DNA of 63,312 bases, the filler included, from Octopus bimaculoides (taxonomy: Eukaryota): the NCBI RefSeq assembly GCF_001194135.2. It is 7 parts of 7 records of this genome, joined end to end, with 100 filler letters (N's around TTAATTAATTAA, not from the genome) between each part and the next. Parts side by side here need not be neighbours in the genome. Positions count along the whole stretch, not along the records: positions 57,594 to 63,312 come from NC_068990.1; 6 more parts are not named here. The stretch is one strand, 5' to 3'. Positions 62,684 through 63,312 of this stretch are shown here, in pieces (position 1 is the first letter of the stretch; the number at the start of each line of letters is the position of its first letter). The notes beneath the pieces are model-generated. The model was not told the DNA's origin. It did no database searches and saw only the letters and a program-made list of their open reading frames with translations. The position numbers and the translations under genes were made by a program.

Positions 62684-62775
<92 letters not shown>
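62660..62775. repeat. (CT)n microsatellite preceded by TCACTTTCTCTT x3
   Basis: Directly visible. Confidence 0.95.
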
Positions 62776-62778
<3 letters not shown>

Positions 62779-63312
62779 CCCTGTTTACATAAAGACACCC
62801 AACATAAACAACATCAGGCGTTTAGACCACTGTAAACATAAACACAGACACACACGGCACAATCAGATTAAAATAAGGAAACAACATTAAACATAAACGT
62901 TGTTAGATTGAAATGTCAAACATAATTTATTCAATTAGTTTCTATATTATTTTAAGTAATTCAAAGCAAATTGTTCGTTTAAATCAGACTAAAACACACA
63001 CACACACACATACACACACACACACATTCACTCACACACACACACACGCACACACACAAACAAACAAACGAAGAAACACCCCACTACATCTTTTCTTCTT
63101 GATCTGTTTTTGTTTTCACTCATTTGTGTGTGAAAGCGACATCAGATTGACTATCGTGATAGGATTGTGTGGACTCACAATTGGTGTTACTTCCTTTAAG
63201 AAGACACTTTATAAGCACAGATAAATTATTTTACTATATATAGAGAGAGAGAGAGACATGTGTGTATATGCATATATATAAAAATGAGTGTGTATCAATA
63301 TATATATATATA

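Overview
AT-rich, microsatellite-saturated eukaryotic genomic DNA with many N-gaps. The repeat families and the 44N-TTAATTAATTAA-44N gap pads suggest an octopus genome assembly such as Octopus bimaculoides; this is inferred from recall, not from a search. Almost every ORF in the supplied track is an artefact of microsatellites or N-runs. One short real coding exon is missing from the track: 21299-21371 (+), MADWGGFTEDDLRQLSYPLPRTDK, ending in a phase-1 GT donor, which resembles the first coding exon of GORAB (RAB6-interacting golgin). The rest is intron/intergenic sequence packed with transposon relics. These include at least four tRNA-headed SINE families (here labelled A/B, C, D, E), RTE LINE pieces including one ORF2 C-terminus still attached to its 3' UTR, CR1 and R4/Dong-like LINE fragments, three mariner relics, a DD37D/maT-like relic, piggyBac-like and hAT MITEs, and Penelope-like repeats with degenerate hammerhead cores. 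I see no CRISPR array, rRNA or intact tRNA gene, and no convincing wholly new biological system. The most interesting items are the hidden GORAB-like exon, a mariner whose 3' end is an inverted copy of its 5' end, an hAT insertion whose empty site is present in the same window, hammerhead-like motifs, and CpG-content switches that seem to coincide with scaffold joins. Family labels A-G are my own working names. Coordinates of degenerate repeats are approximate (about 10-20 bp).
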